From positions 641,413-705,412 of the forward strand of contig JBHYGA010000005.1 in assembly GCA_051859245.1 (NCBI GenBank): a stretch of 64,000 nucleotides of DNA, given 5' to 3'. The stretch is from Gemmatimonadaceae bacterium. Lineage in GTDB: Bacteria; Gemmatimonadota; Gemmatimonadetes; Gemmatimonadales; Gemmatimonadaceae. This document shows, in pieces, positions 10,307 to 19,753 of this stretch. The position numbers and the translations under genes were made by a program. Each line of letters starts with the position of its first letter. The stretch's first letter is position 1. The notes below the pieces were generated by a model, which was given only the letters and a program-made list of their open reading frames with translations, made no database searches and was not told where the DNA came from.

Positions 10307-11131
10307 TCAACCTGTCGGAAGCGAACGAATCAGCACACCCAGTTCGAATGCCACAAAGGTACCGTGCGCGATCAATGCCAACCCGAGTCCGCGTCCGCGT
10401 CTTCCACGAACGGCGATCGTGCCCAGCACGACACCGAGCACAGTCGCAATGCCCGCCTGTTGCAGCGATGGCACCGGGGCGGAGAAAACGGCCATCAGGT
10501 ACGTGGCGCCAAACAGCACCGCGGAGATGACCACCGCTTTGAGCCACGTGACGCCGCGCAGGATCAGATACTCGATCAAGGCATACCGAAAGAACAGTTC
10601 TGTAATGAGCGGCACGATCAAACACGCACACACGAACCACAGGCCAAGTGCGAGATAGTGCTGACTCGTGACAAACTGTGTAATCAATACGCCAGTCTCT
10701 GGCGCCGTTGACGCCCACGCCCAGGGCCACAGTTCTGCGCGGCCCAGAAATAGCGCAACGCCTGCGGCTCCGGCGAGCGTAACCCACGAAGCAATGACGC
10801 TGGGTTCGAGCAGTCGCTCATGCGCACGCGGTAGCCAGCGACGTGAAAACGCGAAGGAGAGAACCAGCTGACCAAGCAGCCACGGGAAAAAGCTGGCCGC
10901 CACCACGAACAACGTTTGCTGCGGCGTGGCGGTCGAGAGCGTGGTGGGTAACCAGCGTTCGAAGAGCAGGGGGCCAGCATTGAAGACATGCGCAACGATG
11001 ACCGTTGCCGCCACGACAAACACACTTCGCAACTCGCGCGCATCGGGGGCAATCTGCGCCCGCGAAATCGTACCGCTGGGAGCGGTCACAGCCGGCGCGC
11101 CGAGCGGCGGAGAAGTTGAAGGAGCGGTCAT
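10307..11131 (-). CDS. CPBP/CAAX-protease-like membrane protein with degenerate motifs
   Basis: Multi-TM protein; TELFFR, FGATY and AHGTF replace EExxxR, FxxxH and HxxxN. ATG 11131 preferred. Confidence 0.7.
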   Translation of the reverse strand: MTAPSTSPPLGAPAVTAPSGTISRAQIAPDARELRSVFVVAATVIVAHVFNAGPLLFERWLPTTLSTATPQQTLFVVAASFFPWLLGQLVLSFAFSRRWLPRAHERLLEPSVIASWVTLAGAAGVALFLGRAELWPWAWASTAPETGVLITQFVTSQHYLALGLWFVCACLIVPLITELFFRYALIEYLILRGVTWLKAVVISAVLFGATYLMAVFSAPVPSLQQAGIATVLGVVLGTIAVRGRRGRGLGLALIAHGTFVAFELGVLIRSLPTG

Positions 11132-11167
11132 GCTGGATAGGATCGTCGCGATGTGATGTTTTGGCAA

Positions 11168-11581
11168 CTACAAATCGCGAGGGTACAACTTGGGCCGACC
11201 ATAAAGCGACAGCGCGCCGAAGTCGCGCAGGTTGAGTGTTGCGATCGCCGAGGCGCGCAAGCGTTCGGCCATGGCCGCGACAACACTATCCACGAGTCCG
11301 AGCTCAAGAGCGGCGTACTGCGCTCGCAGTTCGGCGGCGCGCTTCAAGTCGCCATCCTCACCCCACTCCACCGTGAAGGCGCCGTGGGCGAGATCGTTCA
11401 TGAAGGCGGCGGCCACGCTCTCGCCGAGATACTTCCCAATAAGATGGTCGACTTCCGCCAGAATCACGCTGGGAATGACCCACGCGGACGGGTCGCGTTC
11501 GAACAGGGCGGCGACTTCGGCGTGGTATTGGTCATCGCGATCGACCAGTGCGACGATCGCGCCCGTGTCGGCCACGATCAC
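11168..11581 (-). CDS. vapC: PIN-domain toxin, VapC26-like
   Basis: IVADTG, ILAEVDHL, LGLVDS, ATLNLRDF; start overlaps the antitoxin stop. Confidence 0.92.
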   Translation of the reverse strand: MIVADTGAIVALVDRDDQYHAEVAALFERDPSAWVIPSVILAEVDHLIGKYLGESVAAAFMNDLAHGAFTVEWGEDGDLKRAAELRAQYAALELGLVDSVVAAMAERLRASAIATLNLRDFGALSLYGRPKLYPRDL

Positions 11582-11817
11582 TCGTCGCGGCCCATACCAT
11601 CGAGCAGCGCTTCCGCGCGCGTAGACAGGTCACCACGACCGCTGCTGCCCGCACCAATACTAGAGGGGAGCACGGGCGCGGCGTGCCGAAGCGCGTATTC
11701 GGACACGGCCTCGCGCACCAATGCCGCCGTGGGCCGCCCCTGCGCCTTGGCCAGCGCCTTGAGGCGTCGGTAGTCGACCGGGTCGAGATAGACGGTGGTT
11801 TTGGCTGGCTCACTCAT
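11578..11817 (-). CDS. vapB: Ribbon-helix-helix antitoxin, VapB26-like
   Basis: KTTVYL beta strand, ALVREAV helix, C-terminal EALLDGMGR; lies directly upstream of the PIN toxin. Confidence 0.88.
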   Translation of the reverse strand: MSEPAKTTVYLDPVDYRRLKALAKAQGRPTAALVREAVSEYALRHAAPVLPSSIGAGSSGRGDLSTRAEALLDGMGRDE

Positions 11818-11852
11818 ATGGTTACCATATATGATTTATGGCACCCGGTCAA
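11816..11852 (-). promoter_or_regulatory. vapBC sigma70 promoter with overlapping palindromic operator
   Basis: Minus strand TTGACC-17 nt-TATGGT-6 nt-ATG; palindrome ATATGGT-T-ACCATAT at 11816-11830. Confidence 0.75.
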
Positions 11853-11871
11853 GTAACTTCGGTGTGCGATA

Positions 11872-11915
11872 CAAACGAACAGCCCGAGGCCGCCAGGGCG
11901 GCGTCTCGGGCTGTT
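11872..11915 (-). terminator. Intrinsic terminator after tRNA-Ser(TGA)
   Basis: aacagcccgag...ctcgggctgtt stem; minus-strand tail gttcgtttgt. Confidence 0.7.
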
Positions 11916-11953
11916 GATTGTTGCAGCTCACATGGAACAACACGTGCGGATTA

Positions 11954-12040
11954 CGGCGCGGGTGAGATTCGAACTCACGAGACCCTTTCGGGTCCGCCGG
12001 TTTTCAAGACCGGTGCATTCAACCACTCTGCCACCACGCC
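11954..12040 (-). tRNA. tRNA-Ser(TGA)
   Basis: GGCGTGGTGGCAGAGTGGTTGAATGCACCGGTCTTGAAAACCGG...GTTCGAATCTCACCCGCGCCG; long variable arm; CCA not encoded. Confidence 0.97.
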
Positions 12041-12050
12041 AACTGCGCCG

Positions 12051-12080
12051 AATTTAGCGACGGTGCCATCGGCGAGACAA
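12051..12080 (-). promoter_or_regulatory. Putative sigma70 promoter of tRNA-Ser(TGA)
   Basis: TTGTCT-18 nt-TAAATT, 10 nt upstream of the tRNA. Confidence 0.55.
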
Positions 12081-12118
12081 CGGCGGATTACACGTTGCGC
12101 CGTTGTCCCGCCATGTCG

Positions 12119-13837
12119 CTACGGTTTTGCCTTCGCGAGCGATGAATCGCGTGCGGCCTTGAACTCGGCCCCGGAGCTCCACGTGGGCCACGTTGGCATA
12201 TGCGCGACGCGCCATCCGACTTCAAGCAATGCGCGGGCGTCGTCGGCCGCGCCGCTCAGGTCCCAATCGGCCTTGATGTCGTCACTCGGTTTGTGATAGT
12301 CGTTGGCAACGTATTCCTCTCGCTTGGATTTGCCGAAGCCCGCGGGCTTGTCGATGAAATCGCTGCCTGCGTTGATGTAGAGCGCGGGAACCCCCTTCTT
12401 GGCGAACTCGAAGTGGTCGCTGCGAAAGAAATAGCCCTTTGACGGTTCGGGGTCAGGTGAGAGCGTACGGTTCGTCGCCGTCGCAACAGATCGCAACACA
12501 TCATCGAGCGAGCTGTTTCCTAAACCAACCACGGTGATGTCGCGCGTGCGTCCCCACTGATTCGCGCCATCCATGTTGATGTTGGCCACCGTTTTGGTGA
12601 GCGGATACAACGGGTTTTCCGCGTACCATTTCGCACCGAGCAACCCTTGTTCCTCGGCGGTCAGGGCGATGAACAGTTGCGAGCGAGGCGCTCGTTCGGG
12701 CAGCGCGGCGAGCGCACCGGCGATTTCGATCAACGACGCGGTGCCTGTGCTGTTGTCCAATGCACCATTGAAGATCTGGTCGCCCTGATGCATGGTGTCG
12801 CGGCCGAGATGATCCCAGTGCGCCGTGTACACCACGTACTCGTCTTTCAACACCGGATCCGATCCTTCAAGCCTGGCGACCACGTTGCGTGACTGCACTT
12901 CGCGCACGCTATTCGTGATGGTGAAGTTCGCGGTTGCATTGAGTGGAACCGGAGCGAACGCTCTGGTCGCCGCCAGTGTTTTCAGGGAATCAAAGTTGAG
13001 CCCCGCATTGGCAAACAGCGTGTCAGCGTAGCCGCGAGAGATCCATCCTTCCACCTGCACGCGACCCGCGGGTCCGCCCGGCACGTTCACATCAAAGTTT
13101 TCGCGGCCCCAGCTGTTGATCACCGTGAGATACGGATAGCCGGCTGGCTCCGTCTCGTGCACAATCAACGCCCCTGCGGCACCGCGCGCGGACGCCTGTT
13201 CGAACTTGTACGTCCATCGGCCGTAGTAGCTCATCGCGTTGCCTTTGAACACCGTTGCATCGAGCGAGTCACTGCCTGACGCTTTGATCGGCGGATCATT
13301 CACCAGAATCACTACCGTCTTGCCTTTCACATCAACGTTCTTGAAGTCATCCCAGTCGAACTCGGGCGCGGTGACGCCATAACCCACAAAGACGAGTTCA
13401 CTGTTCTCCAGTGACACCGTGGGCTGCGGATGACGGGAGCCCACCACATAGTCCATGGGAAAGCGTAAACGCGTGCTCGCGCCGTTTTGCGTGATCGCTC
13501 CTTCGGGTCGTGACGTGATTCCTACGAGGCTGACGTTTTGTATGTACGTGCCGTCCGGATTGCCTGGTGCGAGTCCCAGCGCTTTGAACTGCGCTTCGAG
13601 ATACCGCACGGTTCGCTCCTCGCCCACGCCGCCGGGCGCACGGCCTTCCATGGAATCATCCGCAAGCACCCGTACGTGCCGCATGATGCCCTCGGCGGTG
13701 AGTGCATCACGCGCTGGCGCGACCGTACTGGCATCGGGCACGCCGTCATCTCCGGTGGCGCCGCCGCACGCAATGAATGACACAGCGGCCGCGCAGAGCA
13801 GCGCCGCGCGGCGAACGGAATGCAAAGGAGTGTTCAT
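12119..13837 (-). CDS. M28 family metallopeptidase lipoprotein with PA domain
   Basis: Lipobox FIAC; AHWDHLG, NGALDN, TAEEQGLLG, NINMD, FRSDH, YHKPSD. Confidence 0.92.
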   Translation of the reverse strand: MNTPLHSVRRAALLCAAAVSFIACGGATGDDGVPDASTVAPARDALTAEGIMRHVRVLADDSMEGRAPGGVGEERTVRYLEAQFKALGLAPGNPDGTYIQNVSLVGITSRPEGAITQNGASTRLRFPMDYVVGSRHPQPTVSLENSELVFVGYGVTAPEFDWDDFKNVDVKGKTVVILVNDPPIKASGSDSLDATVFKGNAMSYYGRWTYKFEQASARGAAGALIVHETEPAGYPYLTVINSWGRENFDVNVPGGPAGRVQVEGWISRGYADTLFANAGLNFDSLKTLAATRAFAPVPLNATANFTITNSVREVQSRNVVARLEGSDPVLKDEYVVYTAHWDHLGRDTMHQGDQIFNGALDNSTGTASLIEIAGALAALPERAPRSQLFIALTAEEQGLLGAKWYAENPLYPLTKTVANINMDGANQWGRTRDITVVGLGNSSLDDVLRSVATATNRTLSPDPEPSKGYFFRSDHFEFAKKGVPALYINAGSDFIDKPAGFGKSKREEYVANDYHKPSDDIKADWDLSGAADDARALLEVGWRVAHMPTWPTWSSGAEFKAARDSSLAKAKP

Positions 13838-13878
13838 GTGTGTGGGCGGAGGAGAGAGGAGCGGGCGACAGACCCTGA

Positions 13879-14736
13879 CTAGCGAAGCAGCGTGCGAACG
13901 TCGACGGCAATGCGCGCACCGAGTTGATCGAGTGGAAGATCGTTGCGGTCTGTGCCGAACGGTTCTTCAATTTCACCAGCGAGCAGTTCGAGTCCCATCG
14001 TTGCGAAGAATGTGAACATGCACGCGATCACTGTGCCATACCCGAACTCGCGAACAAGCCCAAACGGCATGATGATCGCGTAGAGCACCACGAACTGTTT
14101 GATGTACGAACTGTACGAAAACGGAATTGGCGTGTTGCGGATACGTTCGCACGCGCCGGTTACGTCGTCAAACGCCGTCAGCAGCGGCTGTAGCGCAATG
14201 CGCGATTCCGTGGGGAGTACGCCAGCAGCGACATCCTTGGCCACGGCGCGGTGCATTTGCTGCACAATCCGATTGGGTTCATGCTCCGGGGACGGCGGCG
14301 GCGCGGCTGTGCCGTCGTCGGGTGGTACCTGGCGCGGTGCTCTGAGATGCGCGGCCAACGCGGGTGGAAAGGCCACGAGCAGCTGCGTGTAGTAATCGCG
14401 CCGTTCCCGGTCCGATGTGTCGAGCTGCGCGTCGAGCGCGTGGGCAAGACCGCGCGAAATGTTGACCAGTTGGCCCCACAACCGGCGACCTTCCCACCAG
14501 CGGTCGTACGCCGTGTTGGTCCGAAAGACGAGCAGCAAACCGAGAATGATTCCCAGAATGGAAAGAAAGCTCGGACCAAGCGGTACCGCGACGCGGAAGT
14601 AATCGGTCTCGATCCAGACGATGAACGCGGCGTACACACCAGCGCCAACCACGTCGAGAAAGAGCGTGCGGAAAACAGGGCTGCGTGGAAAATCGAGCAG
14701 GACTCGAATCCAGTTTTTCGGATCGTAAGAAATCAT
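13879..14736 (-). CDS. Bestrophin family ion channel
   Basis: LLVFRTNTAYDRWWEGRRLWG, CERIRNTPIP, EIEEPFGTDRNDLPLD. Confidence 0.93.
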   Translation of the reverse strand: MISYDPKNWIRVLLDFPRSPVFRTLFLDVVGAGVYAAFIVWIETDYFRVAVPLGPSFLSILGIILGLLLVFRTNTAYDRWWEGRRLWGQLVNISRGLAHALDAQLDTSDRERRDYYTQLLVAFPPALAAHLRAPRQVPPDDGTAAPPPSPEHEPNRIVQQMHRAVAKDVAAGVLPTESRIALQPLLTAFDDVTGACERIRNTPIPFSYSSYIKQFVVLYAIIMPFGLVREFGYGTVIACMFTFFATMGLELLAGEIEEPFGTDRNDLPLDQLGARIAVDVRTLLR

Positions 14737-14742
14737 GCGCGC

Positions 14743-15834
14743 TTACCAATCGAGACGCATAATGCGTCCGCGACCGCCCACCCAGGCGGATTTTCCAAAC
14801 GCATCAACACCGGCGAAACCCTGATCCGAATGGGTGGTCCAGGTGCGTCCGCCGTCGATACTGCTGAAGACGCCACCAAAGCCCGCCGCGACCACCGTCT
14901 GCGAGCCGGCATCCGGCACCCAGGTGATCCCCGTGAGCGCGCCGGGAAGGGGCGGGCGTTGACGCAGCGACCACGTACGCCCACCGTCTTGTGTGACGGC
15001 GACGACGGCAGATGCACTATCGCCGCGCAGGTTGGTCATGTCGCCGGCCACGCCGATACCAATGTTCGCGTCGCGAAACGCGAGTCCGCTGGTGCCAGCA
15101 CTCGCGCTCCGCACAAATGGTGTCTCACGCACGGCGAATGTGGCGCCGGCATCATCACTGATAAACAAACGCGAACCTGGACCACCGGTGGCGACGAATA
15201 CGCGTTCGCCTGCGTGCACGACACAGCGGCCGCTCGCTGCATACGCGCCTTCACCGCTGAGCGGCGCGGGAACCGCCGATTCCGGAAGTAACGACCACTG
15301 TGCGCCACCATTCGTAGTACGAAGAATGTGGGTGCGTCCGTGGGCCGCGTCGCCAAACACCACGCCGCGCTGGCTATCGAGGAAGGTGAAGCAGTCGTAG
15401 AACGCGGCGCTGTCGCGGTTGCGAAACTGTTCACGCCACGACACGCCACCATCTGTGGTGTGATAAATGCGCGACGCTTCGCCGTTGCCAATCGCCAACG
15501 CGAACGCGGTATCTGCGCCAAACGCATGAATATCGCGAAACTGGAGCGAGTCACCACCGGATACAGGACGCGCTTCCCATGAGGTGCCCCCGTTCACGGT
15601 GCGCAAAATCGTACCGCCGGTTCCGGATGCCCACACTACGCTGTTCGACACCGCGTGCACAGCAAAGATCAGCGCATTTCCGCTGAATGTTTGTGTGGTA
15701 ACGCGAGGCGTCGTGGCTGTTTGCGCGTGTGTGCGCAGCGGTGTCGCGGCCAGCGCGCACACGCTCAATGTCAACGCAGAGCGCATGGTGCGGCGAATGA
15801 TTGCGGTCATGACTAATTCCGTAGAGGCGCTCAT
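14743..15834 (-). CDS. Secreted BNR/Asp-box beta-propeller protein (Ycf48-like)
   Basis: Repeated TxDGGxxW Asp-boxes; ATG 15834 overlaps the upstream stop. Start could also be 15810 or 15786. Confidence 0.8.
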   Translation of the reverse strand: MSASTELVMTAIIRRTMRSALTLSVCALAATPLRTHAQTATTPRVTTQTFSGNALIFAVHAVSNSVVWASGTGGTILRTVNGGTSWEARPVSGGDSLQFRDIHAFGADTAFALAIGNGEASRIYHTTDGGVSWREQFRNRDSAAFYDCFTFLDSQRGVVFGDAAHGRTHILRTTNGGAQWSLLPESAVPAPLSGEGAYAASGRCVVHAGERVFVATGGPGSRLFISDDAGATFAVRETPFVRSASAGTSGLAFRDANIGIGVAGDMTNLRGDSASAVVAVTQDGGRTWSLRQRPPLPGALTGITWVPDAGSQTVVAAGFGGVFSSIDGGRTWTTHSDQGFAGVDAFGKSAWVGGRGRIMRLDW

Positions 15835-18185
15835 GGCGAACGCGGTGCTGGCGTGTCGATGCGTGGTAGCGCATTGGGCACTGCACGCGGTCCAACCGGT
15901 TGGTCTGCCGGCACGCGTTCGAGGTCCAATCGGTCGAGACCAAATACACGCTCGCGTCGCATGGCGCGCGCGATCGCGCGTGACTGTTCGAATACGCTGT
16001 CGGACTGGGCAAGCTGTCCGGCATTGGCGAGTGCTTCGGAAATGGTGAGTCCGGTCATGACATACAGATCCGGTATGCCGACAGACGCGTCGTCTACCCA
16101 TCCGTTGCGCAGCGCCAGTGAATGCCGGGCGTCAAACGCATCGCGCCAGAGCGCGGCACTGCGCGTGACATCCACGTAGCCTTCGCCCTCGACCACCACT
16201 ACATCGTCGCTGGCGCTCACGGGCACTTCGTTCACACGACGGGCCAAGCCCTGGGCCACAAGATACGGTTCAAAGCCAAGCGTCACCGGCAATCCGCCGG
16301 CTGTTCGACTGAAATACATGGGGCGATCTGGCCACGAATCCCGCATGAGGAAATACAGCAACACGTCGGACCGCATGAGTGAACCGCCGCGCGCGGTGGC
16401 CACCAGTTCGTTCTTCTGAAACGTGCGTTGGTCGCCGAGCTCTACGTAAAGCGGAATCGCATCGGCTTCGTCAAACGAGATGCGAAGCGCTGAGCCTTCA
16501 GGTTTTTTCCAGCTGCGATTGCGGTACACGACGGGGCCGGCGAGGCTGTCGTATTCGTACACCGGGCGCCGAATGATTTGTCGTGTGTACCAGTCCGTAT
16601 TGAGGAGCGATGTATTCACCACCAGCACATCTCGGCGCACCCCTTCTACTTCCTGCGCGTACCAGAGCGGAAATGTGTCATTGTCTCCAACCGTGACGAG
16701 CATGCCGTACGGCTCAACGGAGTTGAGCAAGTCGCGTGCGAAATCCGCCGTATCCGTTTGTGCGCCTCGCGACGCCTGACTCCAGTTGCCAATCGCCGGC
16801 AAGCACGCCACCAGCAACAGCGGAGAGGCCAACAGAAAGTTGCGCGGTGACGGGATTGCCAGCGTTTCGCGGCCGTGTTTGACCTGCTCCGTGCCAATCA
16901 GGCTGGCGACCGATTCCCACAGGTACACAAGTCCGAGTGCCGCCCACACGCTCCACGCAGAGAACGCCCACAAATAGAAATAGTCTCGATCGCGCACCTC
17001 ACGGTCTACACTGCCACCGAGTGCGGGCGCTTGAGAGTATCCGTACTTGAAGTTGAGGTAATAGATCAGCCCCAACGTCATGATGAATACAAGCGGCCCG
17101 AAGTACCAGAAGCTGCGTCGATCTTTTTGGTAGTGTACCCATCCTCCGAGCAGCCCGGTGATCAGAAAGAACACGCCCAGCGCGTTCTGCAATTGTGGTC
17201 GCTCACCGTACGCGTCGCGCCAGTACTGCCACTTGAAGTACAGCCAATACATGCCAACCTGCGCCGTAAGCGGTGCCTGACGTTCCGTGAGCTCGGGCTT
17301 GCCGTACTGACCACGGTTGAAGTTGTACATGAATCGATCGTACGTGAGCTTGCTGAACGTACAGTCGACTGCGATTTCCGTGACGCACCCGGTTGGCTCC
17401 CCTTCGTTGATCGCGGGGAAGTGCGCGGCGCGAATGGGCTGTGTGGCGAACGGCGTGATGCCAAAGAACAACGCGGCGCCGCACGCGAGCAGCAGTTTCC
17501 ACTTGAGCAACGTGCGTGGACTTCGCACCAGCACCGCCATGCCCACCGCCGGCGCGGCAAGCATGCCCGCCATGTGGTTGGCGTAGCCAAGACCGAGCAG
17601 GTACGCCACGAGCACCAGCAATCGATCCGCCCCGGCATCATCGGGGTCATCGCACCAGCGCACCGTGAGCCACGAAATCGCGGCGATGCCAAGCAGTGAT
17701 ACTGTGTAGACCTTCTCGTTCACCACCGACTGATTCCACACCGTGAATGCGGTGGAGCCAAGAACCGCGGAGAGCGCGGCTCCGGTGAGTCGCTGCCAAC
17801 GCTGCGTGAGCATGCTCACGAGCACACGTTCGGTAATCAGAAACCAGAAGAACGCTGACGCGGCACTGGAGAGGGCGGCCAGCACATTGATACGCATGGC
17901 CACCGACGGCGCCAACGGCAGCAACGCGAACACGCGCCCAATGAGTACAAACAGCGGATTACCCGGCGGATGCGGAATCCCAACCCCGTAGGCCGCCGCA
18001 ATGTACTCACTGGTGTCCCACATGCTTGTGGTTGGCGCCAGTGTCAGGATGTACAACAACATGACCGCGCACGCGGCGAGACCTGCGGCGCGGTACGATG
18101 GGGTGTAGTCGAGCTCCGTGCGCAACACGCGCCCCGTGTCCGGCGTGCTCGGCGAGTCGGATACGCTGGGTGCCTGGGCTGTCAT
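15831..18185 (-). CDS. DUF2723 / TMEM260-like multi-TM glycosyltransferase
   Basis: TLAPT.S.WD.SEYI, HPPGNPLF, EKVY, EVRDRDYFY, GDNDTFPLWYAQEVEG.R.DV, SLLNTDWY. Confidence 0.88.
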   Translation of the reverse strand: MTAQAPSVSDSPSTPDTGRVLRTELDYTPSYRAAGLAACAVMLLYILTLAPTTSMWDTSEYIAAAYGVGIPHPPGNPLFVLIGRVFALLPLAPSVAMRINVLAALSSAASAFFWFLITERVLVSMLTQRWQRLTGAALSAVLGSTAFTVWNQSVVNEKVYTVSLLGIAAISWLTVRWCDDPDDAGADRLLVLVAYLLGLGYANHMAGMLAAPAVGMAVLVRSPRTLLKWKLLLACGAALFFGITPFATQPIRAAHFPAINEGEPTGCVTEIAVDCTFSKLTYDRFMYNFNRGQYGKPELTERQAPLTAQVGMYWLYFKWQYWRDAYGERPQLQNALGVFFLITGLLGGWVHYQKDRRSFWYFGPLVFIMTLGLIYYLNFKYGYSQAPALGGSVDREVRDRDYFYLWAFSAWSVWAALGLVYLWESVASLIGTEQVKHGRETLAIPSPRNFLLASPLLLVACLPAIGNWSQASRGAQTDTADFARDLLNSVEPYGMLVTVGDNDTFPLWYAQEVEGVRRDVLVVNTSLLNTDWYTRQIIRRPVYEYDSLAGPVVYRNRSWKKPEGSALRISFDEADAIPLYVELGDQRTFQKNELVATARGGSLMRSDVLLYFLMRDSWPDRPMYFSRTAGGLPVTLGFEPYLVAQGLARRVNEVPVSASDDVVVVEGEGYVDVTRSAALWRDAFDARHSLALRNGWVDDASVGIPDLYVMTGLTISEALANAGQLAQSDSVFEQSRAIARAMRRERVFGLDRLDLERVPADQPVGPRAVPNALPRIDTPAPRSP

Positions 18186-18203
18186 GCGAGGCGCTCGGTG
18201 CGA

Positions 18204-19736
18204 TCAGTGACGGAAGAGTCGCTGTCCGGTGAACACCATTGTCATGCCGTGTTCGTCGGCGGCCGCAATGACCTCTGCATCACGCACTGATCCACCTGGT
18301 TGCACCAGTGCCGTCACACCCGCGGCGGCCGCGTGGTCTACACCATCGCGGAACGGAAAGAACGCATCGGAGCCAAGCGCCGCACCGGCGGTGAGATGTC
18401 CGGCCAGCTGCGCTTTGTGCACGGCCAGAAAACTCGCGTCAACGCGCGACATCTGGCCGGCACCGATGCCGATCGTGGCACCATCACGCGCCAGAACAAT
18501 GGCGTTTGATTTGACGCTCGCCACGGCCCGCCAGGCGAACGCGAGGTCGCGCTGCTCCGCCGCCGTTGGCTGACGTTTCGACACCACGTTCCATCCTTTC
18601 TCAAGGGCCGGTACCGTCATGCGATCCTGCACGAGCAGGCCGCCGCGCACACGCTTGTAGTCCATGTCACCGGCGGCCCAACGCGCGTTGCCTTCAAGTA
18701 CACGCAGATTCTTCTTGCGTCCGAGAATTTCAACCGCGGCGTCGCTGAATGCGGGTGCGACAATGCACTCGACGAACAAACTGGCAATGGCTTCGGCTGC
18801 CGCTTCATCAATAGGAACGGTAAACGCGATCACCGAACCAAAGGCCGATACCGGATCGCACGCCAGCGCGCGTTTGTACGCATCGAGTGCACTCTCGCCA
18901 ATCGCGAGTCCGCAGGGTGTGGTGTGTTTGATAATTGCGCAGCACGGCTCATGACCAAACGGCTCAGTCGCGAGCATCGCACCCTCAAGATCGAGCAAGT
19001 TGTTGAAGCTCAGTTCCTTGCCACCTTTCTGTACCAGCCCGCCCAGCCCGCGCGCGTTGGGTTCCACGTAAAACGCGGCGCGCTGACTTGGATTTTCACC
19101 GTACCGCAATGCCTGTCGCTTGGTGAATGCGAGCGGATAGGTTTCCGGAAACGGCTCGTCGCGGCGCATCGCAAACCACTGCGCGATGGCGGCGTCGTAG
19201 CTGCTGGTGTGCGCGTACACTTTTTCGGCCAGCAGGCGACGGAGTGGCTGATCATCGCCGCCTCCCGCAATCACATCGAGCACACGCGTGTAGTCTGATG
19301 GGTCCACGAGCACCCACACCGCCGCGTGATTCTTGGCAGCCGACCGCAGCATGGACGGACCACCAATGTCAATGTTCTCGATGGCATGTTCATCGGTCAC
19401 ATCTGGGCGCGCCACGGTTTCGCGGAACGGATAGAGATTCACGCACACGAGATCGATCGGCGCGATGTTGTGCTCGCTGAGTGCCTGCATGTGCTCCGGC
19501 ACATCGCGGCGCGCCAGCAGTCCGCCGTGCACAACAGGATGCAGTGTCTTTACGCGACCGTCGAGCATTTCCGGAAAACCGGTCACGTCTGCTACATCGG
19601 CCACTTGCAGACCCGCATCGCGCAGCGCGCGTGACGTTCCACCCGTGGAGATCAGGTCCCAGCCGAGCGACGCGAGGCGCGTGGCAAGTTCAACAACACC
19701 GGTTTTGTCAGAGACAGAAAGCAGAGCGCGAGGCAC
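18204..19736 (-). CDS. purH: Bifunctional AICAR transformylase / IMP cyclohydrolase
   Basis: RALLSVSDKTG, GRVKTLHP, ENIDIGGP, LRYGENP, SDAFFPF, LFRH. GTG start at 19736. Confidence 0.97.
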   Translation of the reverse strand: MPRALLSVSDKTGVVELATRLASLGWDLISTGGTSRALRDAGLQVADVADVTGFPEMLDGRVKTLHPVVHGGLLARRDVPEHMQALSEHNIAPIDLVCVNLYPFRETVARPDVTDEHAIENIDIGGPSMLRSAAKNHAAVWVLVDPSDYTRVLDVIAGGGDDQPLRRLLAEKVYAHTSSYDAAIAQWFAMRRDEPFPETYPLAFTKRQALRYGENPSQRAAFYVEPNARGLGGLVQKGGKELSFNNLLDLEGAMLATEPFGHEPCCAIIKHTTPCGLAIGESALDAYKRALACDPVSAFGSVIAFTVPIDEAAAEAIASLFVECIVAPAFSDAAVEILGRKKNLRVLEGNARWAAGDMDYKRVRGGLLVQDRMTVPALEKGWNVVSKRQPTAAEQRDLAFAWRAVASVKSNAIVLARDGATIGIGAGQMSRVDASFLAVHKAQLAGHLTAGAALGSDAFFPFRDGVDHAAAAGVTALVQPGGSVRDAEVIAAADEHGMTMVFTGQRLFRH

Positions 19737-19753
19737 AGGCAGAGTGGATAAGG

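Noticed and set aside
10134..12040. Integrative element at tRNA-Ser
   Set aside because: No integrase, and no duplicated tRNA 3' end seen.
14251..15291. 346-aa plus-strand ORF
   Set aside because: Opposite two well-supported minus-strand genes; Arg-rich shadow composition.
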